64,000 nucleotides of DNA, taken from Alphaproteobacteria bacterium (GTDB lineage Bacteria; Pseudomonadota; Alphaproteobacteria; UBA828). This document shows, piece after piece, positions 1-9,050 of the stretch; the first letter of the stretch is position 1, and the number at the start of each line of letters is the position of its first letter. The position numbers were made by a program, and so were the translations under genes. Where the stretch lies: NCBI GenBank assembly GCA_963667785.2, contig CAXXMU010000002.1, forward strand, positions 96,001-160,000, read 5' to 3'. Under the pieces are notes generated by a model. That model worked only from the letters and a program-made list of their open reading frames with translations. It was not told the origin of the DNA and did no database searches.

Positions 1-31
1 CTCGCCACCCGCCGCCATCGTGCCGCCCTCC

Positions 32-1429
32 TCAGGCTGCCGACGGCGTGCGGCTGTGCCAGTCGGTGTCCTGCTGGTAGGCGTGGCCGGCCTGGAGCAG
101 CCGTCCCTCGCTGAGGCGGGGGCCGACGATCTGGAAGCCCAAGGGCACGCCGCCCTCGTCGAAGCCGCCGGGCAGGCACACGGACGGCGTTCCCGCCATG
201 TCGTGGGGGGCGGTGAACGAGATCAGCCGCTCCACCGAGCCCTCCTCGGCGCCGAGGGTCTCCATGAACGCGTTGGTGGGCGTGGGGTAGGGCTGCGAGG
301 GGATGATGATGGCGTCGACGTCGGCGAAGACGGCGTTGAGCGCGCCGGTGAACTTGTCGCGCTCGATCTGGATGCGGGCGTGGTCCACGCCGCTCAGCGC
401 GAGCCCGGCCTCGATCAGGCTGCTCAGCACCGGCCCGTAATCCGCCTTGTTGGCCTCGTAGTAGGGCTCGTGCGCGATGGCCGTGTCGGCGCCGCAGAAG
501 TCGTTCCAGCGATCGACCATCACCGTCGCGTCGGGGAAGGCGATCGGCCTGATGTCGGCGCCGCGCTCCCGCAGCACGTCGGCCGCGTGCAGGACCATGG
601 CGGTCACCCGCGCGTCGACGCCGTCGGAGCAATAGGCCTCGTCGAGGCCGATGCGCATGCCGGCGATGCCTGAGTCGATGCTGCCGAGATAGTCCGGCAC
701 CGGCGCGTTGACCGTGGTGGGGTCGGCGGGGTCGTAGCCGGCGATGACGCCGAGGATGGCGGCGCAGTCGGCCGCCGAGCGTGCCATCGGCCCGATATGG
801 TCGAGGGTTTCCGAGAGCGCGAAGGCGCCGGCCCGGCTGACGAGGCCCCGGCCGGGCTTGAGCCCGGTGACGCCGCAGGCCTGGGAGGGGAAGCGGATCG
901 AGCCGCCGGTGTCGGTCCCGAGCGAGCCGTAGCAGAGGCGCGCGGCGGTGGCGACGCCGGAGCCGCTCGACGAGACGCCGGTCCAGTAGTCGGCGTGCCA
1001 GGGATTGACCGGCGGCGCAATCTCGGGGTGATGCACCGCGTAGGCGCCCTCGGTCATCTGCAGCTTGCCGGCGAAGACGGTGCCCGCCTCGCGGAGCTTC
1101 GCCGTGACGGTGCCGTCGACGCCCGGGCTCCAGTCGCGCAGCGCGATGGAGCCGACATGGGTCGGCGCGTCCCTGGTCGCGCAGAGGTCCTTGAGGCCGA
1201 AGGGGACGCCGTGGAGCGGCCCCCGCACGGTGCCGCCCGCGATCTCCTCGTCGGCCTGCGCCGCCTGCGCGGTGGCGACATCGGCCATCACCGTGGCGTA
1301 GCTGCGGAGCGTGCCGTCGAGCCGCTCGATCCGCGCCAGCGTGTGCGCCGTCACCTCGGCCGCCGACACCTCGCGCGCCCGAATCCTGGCCGCGACCTCG
1401 GTCAGCATCAGCTCGTGCAGGTCAGACAT
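32..1429 (-). CDS. Amidase signature family enzyme
   Basis: GLKDL, GVSSSGS and GTDTGGSIRFP amidase-signature motifs (Lys-Ser-Ser triad); no gatB/gatC adjacent. Confidence 0.9.
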   Translation of the reverse strand: MSDLHELMLTEVAARIRAREVSAAEVTAHTLARIERLDGTLRSYATVMADVATAQAAQADEEIAGGTVRGPLHGVPFGLKDLCATRDAPTHVGSIALRDWSPGVDGTVTAKLREAGTVFAGKLQMTEGAYAVHHPEIAPPVNPWHADYWTGVSSSGSGVATAARLCYGSLGTDTGGSIRFPSQACGVTGLKPGRGLVSRAGAFALSETLDHIGPMARSAADCAAILGVIAGYDPADPTTVNAPVPDYLGSIDSGIAGMRIGLDEAYCSDGVDARVTAMVLHAADVLRERGADIRPIAFPDATVMVDRWNDFCGADTAIAHEPYYEANKADYGPVLSSLIEAGLALSGVDHARIQIERDKFTGALNAVFADVDAIIIPSQPYPTPTNAFMETLGAEEGSVERLISFTAPHDMAGTPSVCLPGGFDEGGVPLGFQIVGPRLSEGRLLQAGHAYQQDTDWHSRTPSAA

Positions 1430-1552
1430 CCGAACCCTCCGTCATCGATAGTGGCCGCCGATTGAACGCCAAAGCCGCCGGCCACGCAAAGCCAATCTCC
1501 CGGCGCGGCGCCGGGGCGCGCAGGGCGGCGCACGGTGTTGCGGGTGCGCCGC

Positions 1553-2557
1553 TCAGCCGCCCGGCGGAGCGGGGTCGAGACAGCGGCCGGGCACGGCGGT
1601 GAGGGTGTCCGCCGCCTCGTCGACGATGCGCCGGACCAGCTCGCCGGCGCCGGGCCGGTCGGCGATCAGGTCGAGCCCCTCGCCGGCGAAGGTGACCGCC
1701 GTCTCCGTATCGCCGGCACGCTGCGCTGCGAAGAAGCGCTCGCGCATCGCCTCGCCCTCCGCGCGCAACTCGTCGTCTCGCTCGTGCCAGCGGTCGGCGA
1801 ATGCGTTGCGGATGGCCCGCCCGGTGTAGGGTTCCGGCCAGGTGATGCCGCGGGCGGTATCGAACGCGCTGGTGCGGAGCGTATCGTCGCCGCCCGAGCG
1901 CTCGATCAGCGCCTTCTGGTTCGCGTGCCCCAGCGCCTCCCGCGTCGCCCAGAAGCGGGTGCCGACCAGGACGGCCTCCGCGCCCAGCACCAGGGCTGCG
2001 GCGAGCCCGCGGCCGTCGGCGATGCCGCCTGCGGCGGCGACCGGCACCGGCGCCACCGCATCGACCACCGCCGGCACCAGCGGCAGGGTGGCCCGGTCCG
2101 CCCCGTGGCCGCCGGCCTCGGTGCCCTGGGCGACGATGATCTGGGCGCCGTTCGCCGCCGCCGCCCGTGCATCCTTCAGGGTCTGGACCTGGCAGATCAG
2201 GACGGCGCCGGCGTCGCGGATCTTCGCGGCATGGGGCGCGACGTCGCCGAAGGAGAGCATGACGGCCTTCGGCCGGAAGCCCAGCGCGTGGTCGAGGGCG
2301 GCGGGCCGCCGCTCCAGCGCCCAGGTGATGAAGCCGATTCCGACGGCATGATTGCCCGCCTTGCCGAACTCGCTCCGCACCCAGTCGTCGGAGCCAAAGC
2401 CGAGCGCGGGGTCGGCATAGCCGGCGCCGATCAGGCCCAGCCCGCCGGCCGCCGAGACCGCGCCGGCCAGCGCGCCGCCGGCGACGCCGCCCATCGGCGC
2501 GAGCAGGACCGGGTGGTCGATGCCGAGCAGGCGGGTGATCGCCGTTGAGAGCGCCAT
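1553..2557 (-). CDS. Nitronate monooxygenase family FMN oxidoreductase
   Basis: LAPMGGVAGG, AQGTEAGGH, AAGGIADGRG and VGTRF motifs; start moved to the ATG of MALSTAIT. Confidence 0.88.
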   Translation of the reverse strand: MALSTAITRLLGIDHPVLLAPMGGVAGGALAGAVSAAGGLGLIGAGYADPALGFGSDDWVRSEFGKAGNHAVGIGFITWALERRPAALDHALGFRPKAVMLSFGDVAPHAAKIRDAGAVLICQVQTLKDARAAAANGAQIIVAQGTEAGGHGADRATLPLVPAVVDAVAPVPVAAAGGIADGRGLAAALVLGAEAVLVGTRFWATREALGHANQKALIERSGGDDTLRTSAFDTARGITWPEPYTGRAIRNAFADRWHERDDELRAEGEAMRERFFAAQRAGDTETAVTFAGEGLDLIADRPGAGELVRRIVDEAADTLTAVPGRCLDPAPPGG

Positions 2558-2790
2558 GTGCCTCGGCATAGCGGCTTCGCCGGCCGTTGCCAAGCGGAAC
2601 GCCTCCCGTTCCCCGCCGGCGTGCGCGCGGCCGCCTGCGCGCCGGGGCCGCCATGCGCGCGGGGCCTGTCTCCCCTGCACCTGCCGCGATTGCCCGGCCG
2701 GGCGGGCCGTGATATCGACAGCGGCCCGGGAGCCGCACGCAAGGCGCCGCGAGACGCGACGGCGCGGGCACGGGCGGGCAAGGGGGGATC

Positions 2791-3183
2791 ATGGCAGAGC
2801 GTTTCGCGATGACCATCGACGGCCGCACGGTCGTCGCCGAATTGCTGGGGCGCGAGGCGCCCAACGTCGTCAAGGCGTTCACCGAGAGCCTGCCGTGCGA
2901 GAGCTTCTCGGTGCATGCCAAGTTCGCGGGCGACGAGCTGATCGTGATGCTCCCGTTCTACTGCGATTCCGAGAACGAGATCCTCAACGTCAAGCCCGGC
3001 GACATCGGCTTCTATCCGGGGCGTCAGACCGCCTGCATCTTCTACGGCGATACGAAGCCCTTCGGAAAGGTGAGCGTGTTCGCGAAGATCGTGGAGGGAC
3101 TGGAGCACCTGAAGCCCGCCGGCAGGAAGATCCTCGCCAAGGGGCCGCTCCCGGTCCGGCTCGAGCTGGTGCAGGGAGGGTAG
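2791..3183 (+). CDS. DUF3830 / cyclophilin-like fold protein
   Basis: 130 aa with EAP..V.AF..SLP, HAKFAGDE and PGDIGFYP...IFYG patterns typical of DUF3830; GGGGGA RBS. Confidence 0.7.
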   Translation: MAERFAMTIDGRTVVAELLGREAPNVVKAFTESLPCESFSVHAKFAGDELIVMLPFYCDSENEILNVKPGDIGFYPGRQTACIFYGDTKPFGKVSVFAKIVEGLEHLKPAGRKILAKGPLPVRLELVQGG

Positions 3184-3186
3184 GGC

Positions 3187-3666
3187 ATGGCCGCAACGGA
3201 AACCGCCGCCATCGTCGAGCGGCTGGAGAGGTTCGCCAAGCGCAACTGGCGCAGCGAGCCCGGCGACATCACCCGGCTGCGCGCGCATTCGCTGCCGCCG
3301 ATGGGAACCACGCCGCCGGTGCTCTACGCCAACTTCAACACCTTCTGGATGGGCGAGAACATCCAGGTCGTGCGCCAGCTCGCGCTCGACAAGGCGCTGC
3401 CGCCGGCCGCCCTCAACACCATGGCGGCGGCGATCCTGAACCGCCACGCCGGCCGGCTCGCCAAGTGGAAGCTGACCAACACGGTCAAGCTCGTGCGCGA
3501 GCTCGCCGCCTATTTCGAAGGCGGCGGCGCCGGGAGCCACGGCGAGGTGGTGCAGGTCTGCGAGGCGGCGATGGTGGCGTTCGACCGGATCAACGCCTGG
3601 ATCGACGCGATGATCCCGTGGGCGCACTTCGACAAGAAGGTCAAGCTGCTCGACGCGGCCGGCTGA
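3187..3666 (+). CDS. Helical protein resembling the cucumopine synthase/McbB C-terminal helical bundle
   Basis: W..EP.DI.RLR near the N-terminus and DRINAWIDAMIPW near the C-terminus, recalled as patterns of that domain; starts 3 bp after the DUF3830 gene. Confidence 0.55.
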   Translation: MAATETAAIVERLERFAKRNWRSEPGDITRLRAHSLPPMGTTPPVLYANFNTFWMGENIQVVRQLALDKALPPAALNTMAAAILNRHAGRLAKWKLTNTVKLVRELAAYFEGGGAGSHGEVVQVCEAAMVAFDRINAWIDAMIPWAHFDKKVKLLDAAG

Positions 3667-3692
3667 CGGCAGCGCGGGGGGGAGCGAAGGCC

Positions 3693-4598
3693 ATGTGCGG
3701 CGTCGGCGGCGTCTTCTTCAAGACCACCGAGCATCATCGCAAGACCGGCGAGATCGCCTACCACGTGCTGGACGGCATCTACCGGCGCGGACCGGATTCC
3801 ACCGGGCTCGCGTTCGTCCAGCCGGCCGGCGAGGACCGCCTCTACATCGGCATCAACTGCGAGGAGCCCGGCGGCGGCGGTCGCGCGCTCGCGCTGCTCG
3901 ACGAGCTCGGCCGGGTCGAGCACGCCACCGACGGCGAGGGCTACATCCGCACCACGCTCCGCTACGACGGCGACGACGAGACGCTGGTGGACGCGATCGA
4001 TTCGCTCGGGCCCGCCTACACGGTCGCCAGCATCGGCGCGCAGCTCGAGGTGGTGAAGCACATGGGCGGCGTCGAGCAGCTCGAGGAGAAGTTCACCATC
4101 ACCGACTACGACGGGCCGCTCGCCATGGGGCTCACGCGCTACGCCACCGAGAGCACGATCGACTTCACCCACGGCCAGCCGCTCTCGGCGAGGCTGCATC
4201 GCGATCTCGCGATCATGCACAACGGCCACATCACGAACTTCCACCATCTCCGCTATCACTTCGAGCGCGCCGGCTACACCTTCGCCACCGGTAACGATTC
4301 CGAGGTGATCGCCGTCACCATCGCCGACGAGATGGGGAAGGGGGCGAGCTTCCGCGAGGCGCTGGAGCGCTCCGTCTCCATCCTCGACGGATGCTTCACC
4401 TACATCGCCGTGACCGCGGACGAGGTCGGGGTCGTCAAGGACCCCTATGCCGCCAAGCCGCTGGTGGTCGGCGAGACCGACCGTCTGGTGGCGGTGTCGT
4501 CCGACTGCTGGTCGCTGCGCGACGGGGTGGGCGAGGACATCGAGGTCTGGGAGCCGGGCGCCGGCGAAGTGGTGACATGGCGGATTCCGCTCCACTGA
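3693..4598 (+). CDS. glxB: Class II (Ntn) glutamine amidotransferase, GlxB/MgsA-like
   Basis: N-terminal MCG nucleophile, RGPDSTG, TRYATES, HNGHITN and NDSEV; start reassigned to ATG 3693. Confidence 0.8.
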   Translation: MCGVGGVFFKTTEHHRKTGEIAYHVLDGIYRRGPDSTGLAFVQPAGEDRLYIGINCEEPGGGGRALALLDELGRVEHATDGEGYIRTTLRYDGDDETLVDAIDSLGPAYTVASIGAQLEVVKHMGGVEQLEEKFTITDYDGPLAMGLTRYATESTIDFTHGQPLSARLHRDLAIMHNGHITNFHHLRYHFERAGYTFATGNDSEVIAVTIADEMGKGASFREALERSVSILDGCFTYIAVTADEVGVVKDPYAAKPLVVGETDRLVAVSSDCWSLRDGVGEDIEVWEPGAGEVVTWRIPLH

Positions 4599-5281
4599 CC
4601 ATCGACTGCGCCGGGCGGTCGACGCGCGCGATCAACGAGGAGATCCGCCGCGCGGCCGACGACGGCGTGCCGGTTGTGGAGCTCCTCAACCCGCAGGCGC
4701 GGCACAATCTCGGCGTCTCGATCCTCAAGCCCATCCATGTCGTCTACCGCGGCCATGTCGGCTCCTACACGGCCGGGCTCTGCGACGGCATCACCGCCGA
4801 GGTCCATGGCACCGCCGGCTGGGGCGTGGCCGACAACCTGATGAGCGGCGAGGTGGTCGTGCACGGCAACGCCGCCACCTCGGCGGCGCCGTCGATTCGC
4901 GGCGGGCGCGTCGTCGTGCGCGGCGACGCGGGCCCGCGGTCCGGCATGATCCTGAAGAAGGGCGAGCTCATCGTCGGCGGCAACACCGGCTACATGTCGG
5001 GCTTCATGATGCAGAACGGCCGCATGATCGTTTGCGGCGACGCCGATACCGGGCTCGGCGATTCCATGTATCAGGGCGTGATCTTCCTCGGCGGCCGGGC
5101 GAAGGAGCTCGGCTCCGGCCTCGAGGAGGTCGATGTCGAGAACGGCGAGCTCGACGAGGTCGGGGCGCTGCTCGACCGCTTCGAGATCAAGGCGCCGGCG
5201 GCGTTCCGCAAGCTCCGGTCGGACCGCAAGCTGTGGCACTTCAACAAGCATGACTTCGCTGCCTGGAAGGACGTGCTATGA
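4577..5281 (+). CDS. glxC: GXGXG beta-helix protein, GlxC/MgsB-like
   Basis: Repeated G-x-A-G turns (GHVGSYTAG, GTAGWGVA, GDAGPRSG, GNTGYMSG); overlaps both neighbouring genes. Confidence 0.85.
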   Translation: MADSAPLTIDCAGRSTRAINEEIRRAADDGVPVVELLNPQARHNLGVSILKPIHVVYRGHVGSYTAGLCDGITAEVHGTAGWGVADNLMSGEVVVHGNAATSAAPSIRGGRVVVRGDAGPRSGMILKKGELIVGGNTGYMSGFMMQNGRMIVCGDADTGLGDSMYQGVIFLGGRAKELGSGLEEVDVENGELDEVGALLDRFEIKAPAAFRKLRSDRKLWHFNKHDFAAWKDVL

Positions 5282-6690
5282 GCGAGACTCCGAGCGCACC
5301 GCCCGCGGCGCACGCGGGCGATTCCACGGTCGAGGTTCTGGACGAGGCGCGGCCTGCGCCCAACGGCGCCTACCCGCGGCCCGAGAGCTTCAGCGGAGTC
5401 TGGGCGCCCGAAGTGATCGAGGAGATTCAGGAGAAGGCCGCGCTCGGGCGCTACCAGATTCGCGGCCAGGCGACGAAGCGCGCAGGGCTCCCCTCCTTCG
5501 ACGACCTCGTGTTCGTGCCGGCCGGCCTCTCGCGCATGCCGCTCGAAGGCTACCGCGAGAAGTGCGACACGCGGGTGGTGATCGGCGAGGGCGCGTGCGA
5601 GAGGCCGCTCGTCCTGGAGCGGCCCATCATGATCGCCGGCATGAGCTTCGGCGCGCTCTCGGTCCACGCCAAGCGGGCGCTCGGCATGGCGGCGAGCCGC
5701 TGCGGCATCTCCACCTGCACCGGCGAGGGCGGCATGCACCACGAGGAGCGCCGCTACTCCGACAAGCTGGTGATGCAGTACCTGCCGAGCCGCTACGGCA
5801 TGAACCCCTACGACCTCAAGAAGGCCGACATGATCGAGATCGGCGCCGGCCAGGGCGCGAAGCCCGGCACCGGCGGCGTCCTGCTCGGGCTCAAGATGTC
5901 GGACGAGGTGGCGGAGATGCGCGACCTGCCCGAGGGCGTGGACCAGCGCAGCCCCTGCCGCCATCCGGACTGGATGGGCGCCGACGACCTCTACATGAAG
6001 CTGGAGGAGATCCGCGAGGTCACCGAGTACAAGGTGCCGATCTCCATCAAGGTGGGGGCCGCGCGCATCGCCAACGACGTGCGCATCGCGGCCAAGGCGG
6101 GCGTCGACGCGATCGTCTTCGACGGCATGGAGGGCGGCACCGCCGCCTCGCCCACCATCCAGCTCGACCATGCCGGCATTCCCACGATCGCCGCCGTCGC
6201 CGAGGCCGCCGAGTCCCTCGCCGACATGGGCAAAAAGGACACGATGAAGATCATCGTCGGCGGCGGCATCCGCAACGGGGCGGACGCGGCGAAGTGCATC
6301 GCGCTGGGCGCCGACGTGGTCTATCTCGGCACCGCGCCGATCATCGCCATGGGCTGCCACAAGCCGATCTATCTCGAGGACTACGCCCGCCTCGGCACCT
6401 CGCCCTACGAGTGCCAGCACTGCCACACCGGGCTCTGCCCGGTCGGCATCACCACCCAGTTGCCCAAGCTGATGGAGCGCCTCGACGTGGACGAGGCGGC
6501 CGACAGCGTGACCAACTACCTCAACGCGCTGACCATGGAGATCCAGCTCTTCGCCCGCGCCTGCGGCAAGAACCGGGTGAGCGACCTCGACCCCAACGAC
6601 CTCCGCGCGCTGACCCACGACGTGGCCATGATGACCGGCGTCGACATGGTGGGCCTCGGCGGACGCACCCCCTGGTGGAAGAAGTTCTAG
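5278..6690 (+). CDS. glxD: FMN-binding glutamate synthase family protein, GlxD/MgsC-like
   Basis: MSFGALS, TGEGG, GQGAKPGTGG, DGMEGGTAA and the Fe-S motif C...CQHCHTGLCPVGITTQ. Confidence 0.9.
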   Translation: MSETPSAPPAAHAGDSTVEVLDEARPAPNGAYPRPESFSGVWAPEVIEEIQEKAALGRYQIRGQATKRAGLPSFDDLVFVPAGLSRMPLEGYREKCDTRVVIGEGACERPLVLERPIMIAGMSFGALSVHAKRALGMAASRCGISTCTGEGGMHHEERRYSDKLVMQYLPSRYGMNPYDLKKADMIEIGAGQGAKPGTGGVLLGLKMSDEVAEMRDLPEGVDQRSPCRHPDWMGADDLYMKLEEIREVTEYKVPISIKVGAARIANDVRIAAKAGVDAIVFDGMEGGTAASPTIQLDHAGIPTIAAVAEAAESLADMGKKDTMKIIVGGGIRNGADAAKCIALGADVVYLGTAPIIAMGCHKPIYLEDYARLGTSPYECQHCHTGLCPVGITTQLPKLMERLDVDEAADSVTNYLNALTMEIQLFARACGKNRVSDLDPNDLRALTHDVAMMTGVDMVGLGGRTPWWKKF

Positions 6691-6920
6691 CGCACAATCC
6701 GACCGGACGAGACCATACCCAATCGCCACAGGTTCTCACCTGTTGTGCGGTGCGGGCCGAGACTCCCCCACCTCACCCCGGCCCTCTCCGCCCCCAGGGG
6801 CGGAGAGGGAGTAACAGTCGGCGCTGCTCGCGTTTCCCCTCCGCCTTTGGGGGAGGGGGACAGGGGGAGGTGGCATTCGTTCGGCCTGTCGTGACCCGGT
6901 ATGGTCGGACAATGCTCTAG
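6687..6920. mobile_element. MITE-like element with 18-bp imperfect terminal inverted repeats (BRU-RS/CIR-like)
   Basis: CTAGCGCACAATCCGACC (6687-6704) versus the reverse complement of 6903-6920, CTAGAGCATTGTCCGACC (14/18 match); inner inverted pair GACCATACC (6711) / GGTATGGTC (6898). Confidence 0.55.
6765..6873. repeat. REP-like double-hairpin dispersed repeat, copy 1
   Basis: CCTCACCCCGGCCCTCTCC...GGAGAGGGAG ... CCCCTCC...GGAGGGGGACAGGGGGAGGTGG; second copy at 28485-28594. Confidence 0.75.
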
Positions 6921-7193
6921 CGTCCCGCCTGACGGGTCTTTCCCCACGTTGGTCACGCCCGGCCATGACGTGAGGGATTCTTGATTTCGCGCTCGCGACC
7001 TTGCAGGCGCGGGTGATTCTTCTTCCGCGCGCATGACCCTTCGGGCATGCGCGACCCCGCACCATGGTGCGGTGCACGGCGTGGGGCGCGGGTGCAACGA
7101 TCGCGTCATGCAGTGCGTGAGAGAGCGGGCCGGGGCAGACGGGGCAAACGGGCGAGACGCCCGGCGCCGTGTCGCGCTTGTGGGCATCGTCGA

Positions 7194-7350
7194 GGAATCC
7201 CGCCGATATCCCAACGGAATCCCTTGGTATCCCGGCGAATCCCGCCTCGGGGGTGTCCGCCGCCGGAGTCCCGGGGAATCCCACCCGACGTCTCCGCGGA
7301 ATCCCTCGGTATCCCGGTGAATCCCGCATGGGGGAGTGGGCCGGAATCCC
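7194..7350. repeat. Phased short-repeat array (ATCCC core every 10-11 bp)
   Basis: ATCCC at 7197, 7208, 7219, 7229, 7239, 7278, 7301, 7311, 7321 and 7346; a roughly 30-bp block is duplicated at about 7216 and 7298. Confidence 0.75.
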
Positions 7351-7402
7351 GGAGAGTTCCGCCGAATGCTGTGTCGCTTCCTCTCTTGCCGCGTCGCCGC
7401 GC

Positions 7403-8407
7403 TCAAGTGGCCGGGGCGGGATCGAGCCAGGTCGCGAACGCCGCGCGGATCGCGGCATCGTCCGCGCCCGCCATCAGCAGCAGCGTGAGCAGCAGGCGCG
7501 CCTTGAGCCCGTCGAGCCAGCCGGCGCCGATGAGCCCGCGCGCCAGCAGGTCGGTCTCCGAGCCCCTGAAATCGTAGGTCCGGCGCAGCATCTCGCCGGC
7601 GCCGGTGCGCGACGCCATCACCACAGGCACGCGCCCGGCGGCTTCCGCCAGCCGGTCGGCGACCCAGCCGGCGGCATGGCCGCCGCCGGTGCATTCCACG
7701 ACGATCCCCCGGTAGCCGGCATCGAGCGCCCGCTCGATCAGCCTGCCGTCGTCGCCGAGGGTCACGGTCAGCAGTGCGACCGGCACCGGCTCTGCGTCGC
7801 GGGCCACGGCGAGCGCGTGCCGGGGGCCGGGGCGGTATGCGATGCGCACCGCGCCCTCCGCGAACCAGCCGAGCGGCCCCGGCGGGAACGAGCGGAAGGC
7901 GGCGGGGTTCGAGGTCTCCCCCTTCTGCACGAAGCGCGCCGCGTGGATCTCGTCGTTCATCACCACCGTGACGCCGAGGCCCCGCGCCGGCTCGTGCACG
8001 GCGAGCCGCACCGCGTTCAGCAGGTTGGCGGGCCCGTCCGGCCCGGCCATGGTCGGGTTGCGCATCGCGCCGGTCAGCATCACCGGCGCGTCGATGCCGA
8101 GTATGCGGTCGAGCACGAAGGCCGATTCCTCCATCGTGTCGGTGCCGTGGGTGATGACCGCGCCCGCCGCGCCGGCCGCCACCGCCGCCTCGATGGCGTC
8201 CGCCAGCGCGAAGAGATCGGGGATCGTGACCTCCGGGCTCGGCAGCAGGCGGAAGGTACGGGCCTCGATGGCGGCGACGTCTGCGAGCTGCGGTACCGCG
8301 TCGATCAGGGCGCCGGCGTCGAGCGAAGGCTTGACGCCGTGCTCGCCGCGCCCGGCCATGGCGATGGTGCCGCCCATGGCGAAGACGGCGACGGAGGGAA
8401 GCGGCAT
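7403..8407 (-). CDS. Asparaginase/glutaminase family protein
   Basis: GGTIAM, THGTDTMEE, TGAMR and DGPANL motifs. Confidence 0.92.
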   Translation of the reverse strand: MPLPSVAVFAMGGTIAMAGRGEHGVKPSLDAGALIDAVPQLADVAAIEARTFRLLPSPEVTIPDLFALADAIEAAVAAGAAGAVITHGTDTMEESAFVLDRILGIDAPVMLTGAMRNPTMAGPDGPANLLNAVRLAVHEPARGLGVTVVMNDEIHAARFVQKGETSNPAAFRSFPPGPLGWFAEGAVRIAYRPGPRHALAVARDAEPVPVALLTVTLGDDGRLIERALDAGYRGIVVECTGGGHAAGWVADRLAEAAGRVPVVMASRTGAGEMLRRTYDFRGSETDLLARGLIGAGWLDGLKARLLLTLLLMAGADDAAIRAAFATWLDPAPAT

Positions 8408-8417
8408 GGTCCGCGCC

Positions 8418-8993
8418 TCAGCCGCGCAGCCAGGTCTCGGACCAGGCGAGGCAGCAGGAAGACGCCGCGCGCCCGAACATGACGTTCTCGTAAGCCCCGC
8501 CCTGGGCGCGCGTTCCCGCCACCTCGAGCGTGGCGGTGCGGCACGGCGTGAGGCAGCTGTAAACGGCCCACGGGCCCGTGTCGTCGTTGTCGGGCGGCAG
8601 CGTGAGCATGAAGGGCTCGCCCATGTCCGACCAGCTCAGCTCGATGCGGCCGTCGGCGGAATCGACGATCTCGCGATAGCCGGAGCGGAAGGCGCCCTCG
8701 CGCGAGAACGCGGCCTCGGCCACGGGCAGGGACGTGTCGGCGAAGGGCGGGTTCAGGATCGCCTCCAGCTCGCTCTGCAGCCAGCGCGCCAGGCTCTCGT
8801 TGTCGGCGTAGAGCCTGACCTCGCCGCCGGTGGCGTCCGAGCGGATGAAGAGGCAGGTGCCGGGGCCGCCCGGCGAGATCAGCGCGCGCCAGTGGGCGCA
8901 GACGGTGGTCTCCGGCCCGTCGGCCTCGGTCTTGAGCCGCAGGAAGGAGTTCTCCCCGGTGAAGTGAACCTGGTTCGGATCGATGGCGGGCAT
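8418..8993 (-). CDS. Hypothetical protein (191 aa)
   Basis: GGAGAG RBS, host-like codon usage, lies in an operon between the enoyl-CoA hydratase and the asparaginase. Confidence 0.7.
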   Translation of the reverse strand: MPAIDPNQVHFTGENSFLRLKTEADGPETTVCAHWRALISPGGPGTCLFIRSDATGGEVRLYADNESLARWLQSELEAILNPPFADTSLPVAEAAFSREGAFRSGYREIVDSADGRIELSWSDMGEPFMLTLPPDNDDTGPWAVYSCLTPCRTATLEVAGTRAQGGAYENVMFGRAASSCCLAWSETWLRG

Positions 8994-9050
8994 GTCGGCT
9001 CTCCCTCTGTGGTGCGATGCCCGGACGGGCGGTGCATGCAGCTTACAGCG

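Noticed and set aside
32-1429. GatA (Glu-tRNA amidotransferase subunit A)
   Set aside because: No gatB/gatC nearby and the sequence looks like a general amidase (GVSSSGS).
6687-7694. ORFs spanning the glxD-asparaginase gap
   Set aside because: They are low-complexity translations of repeat DNA with no convincing RBS or domain.
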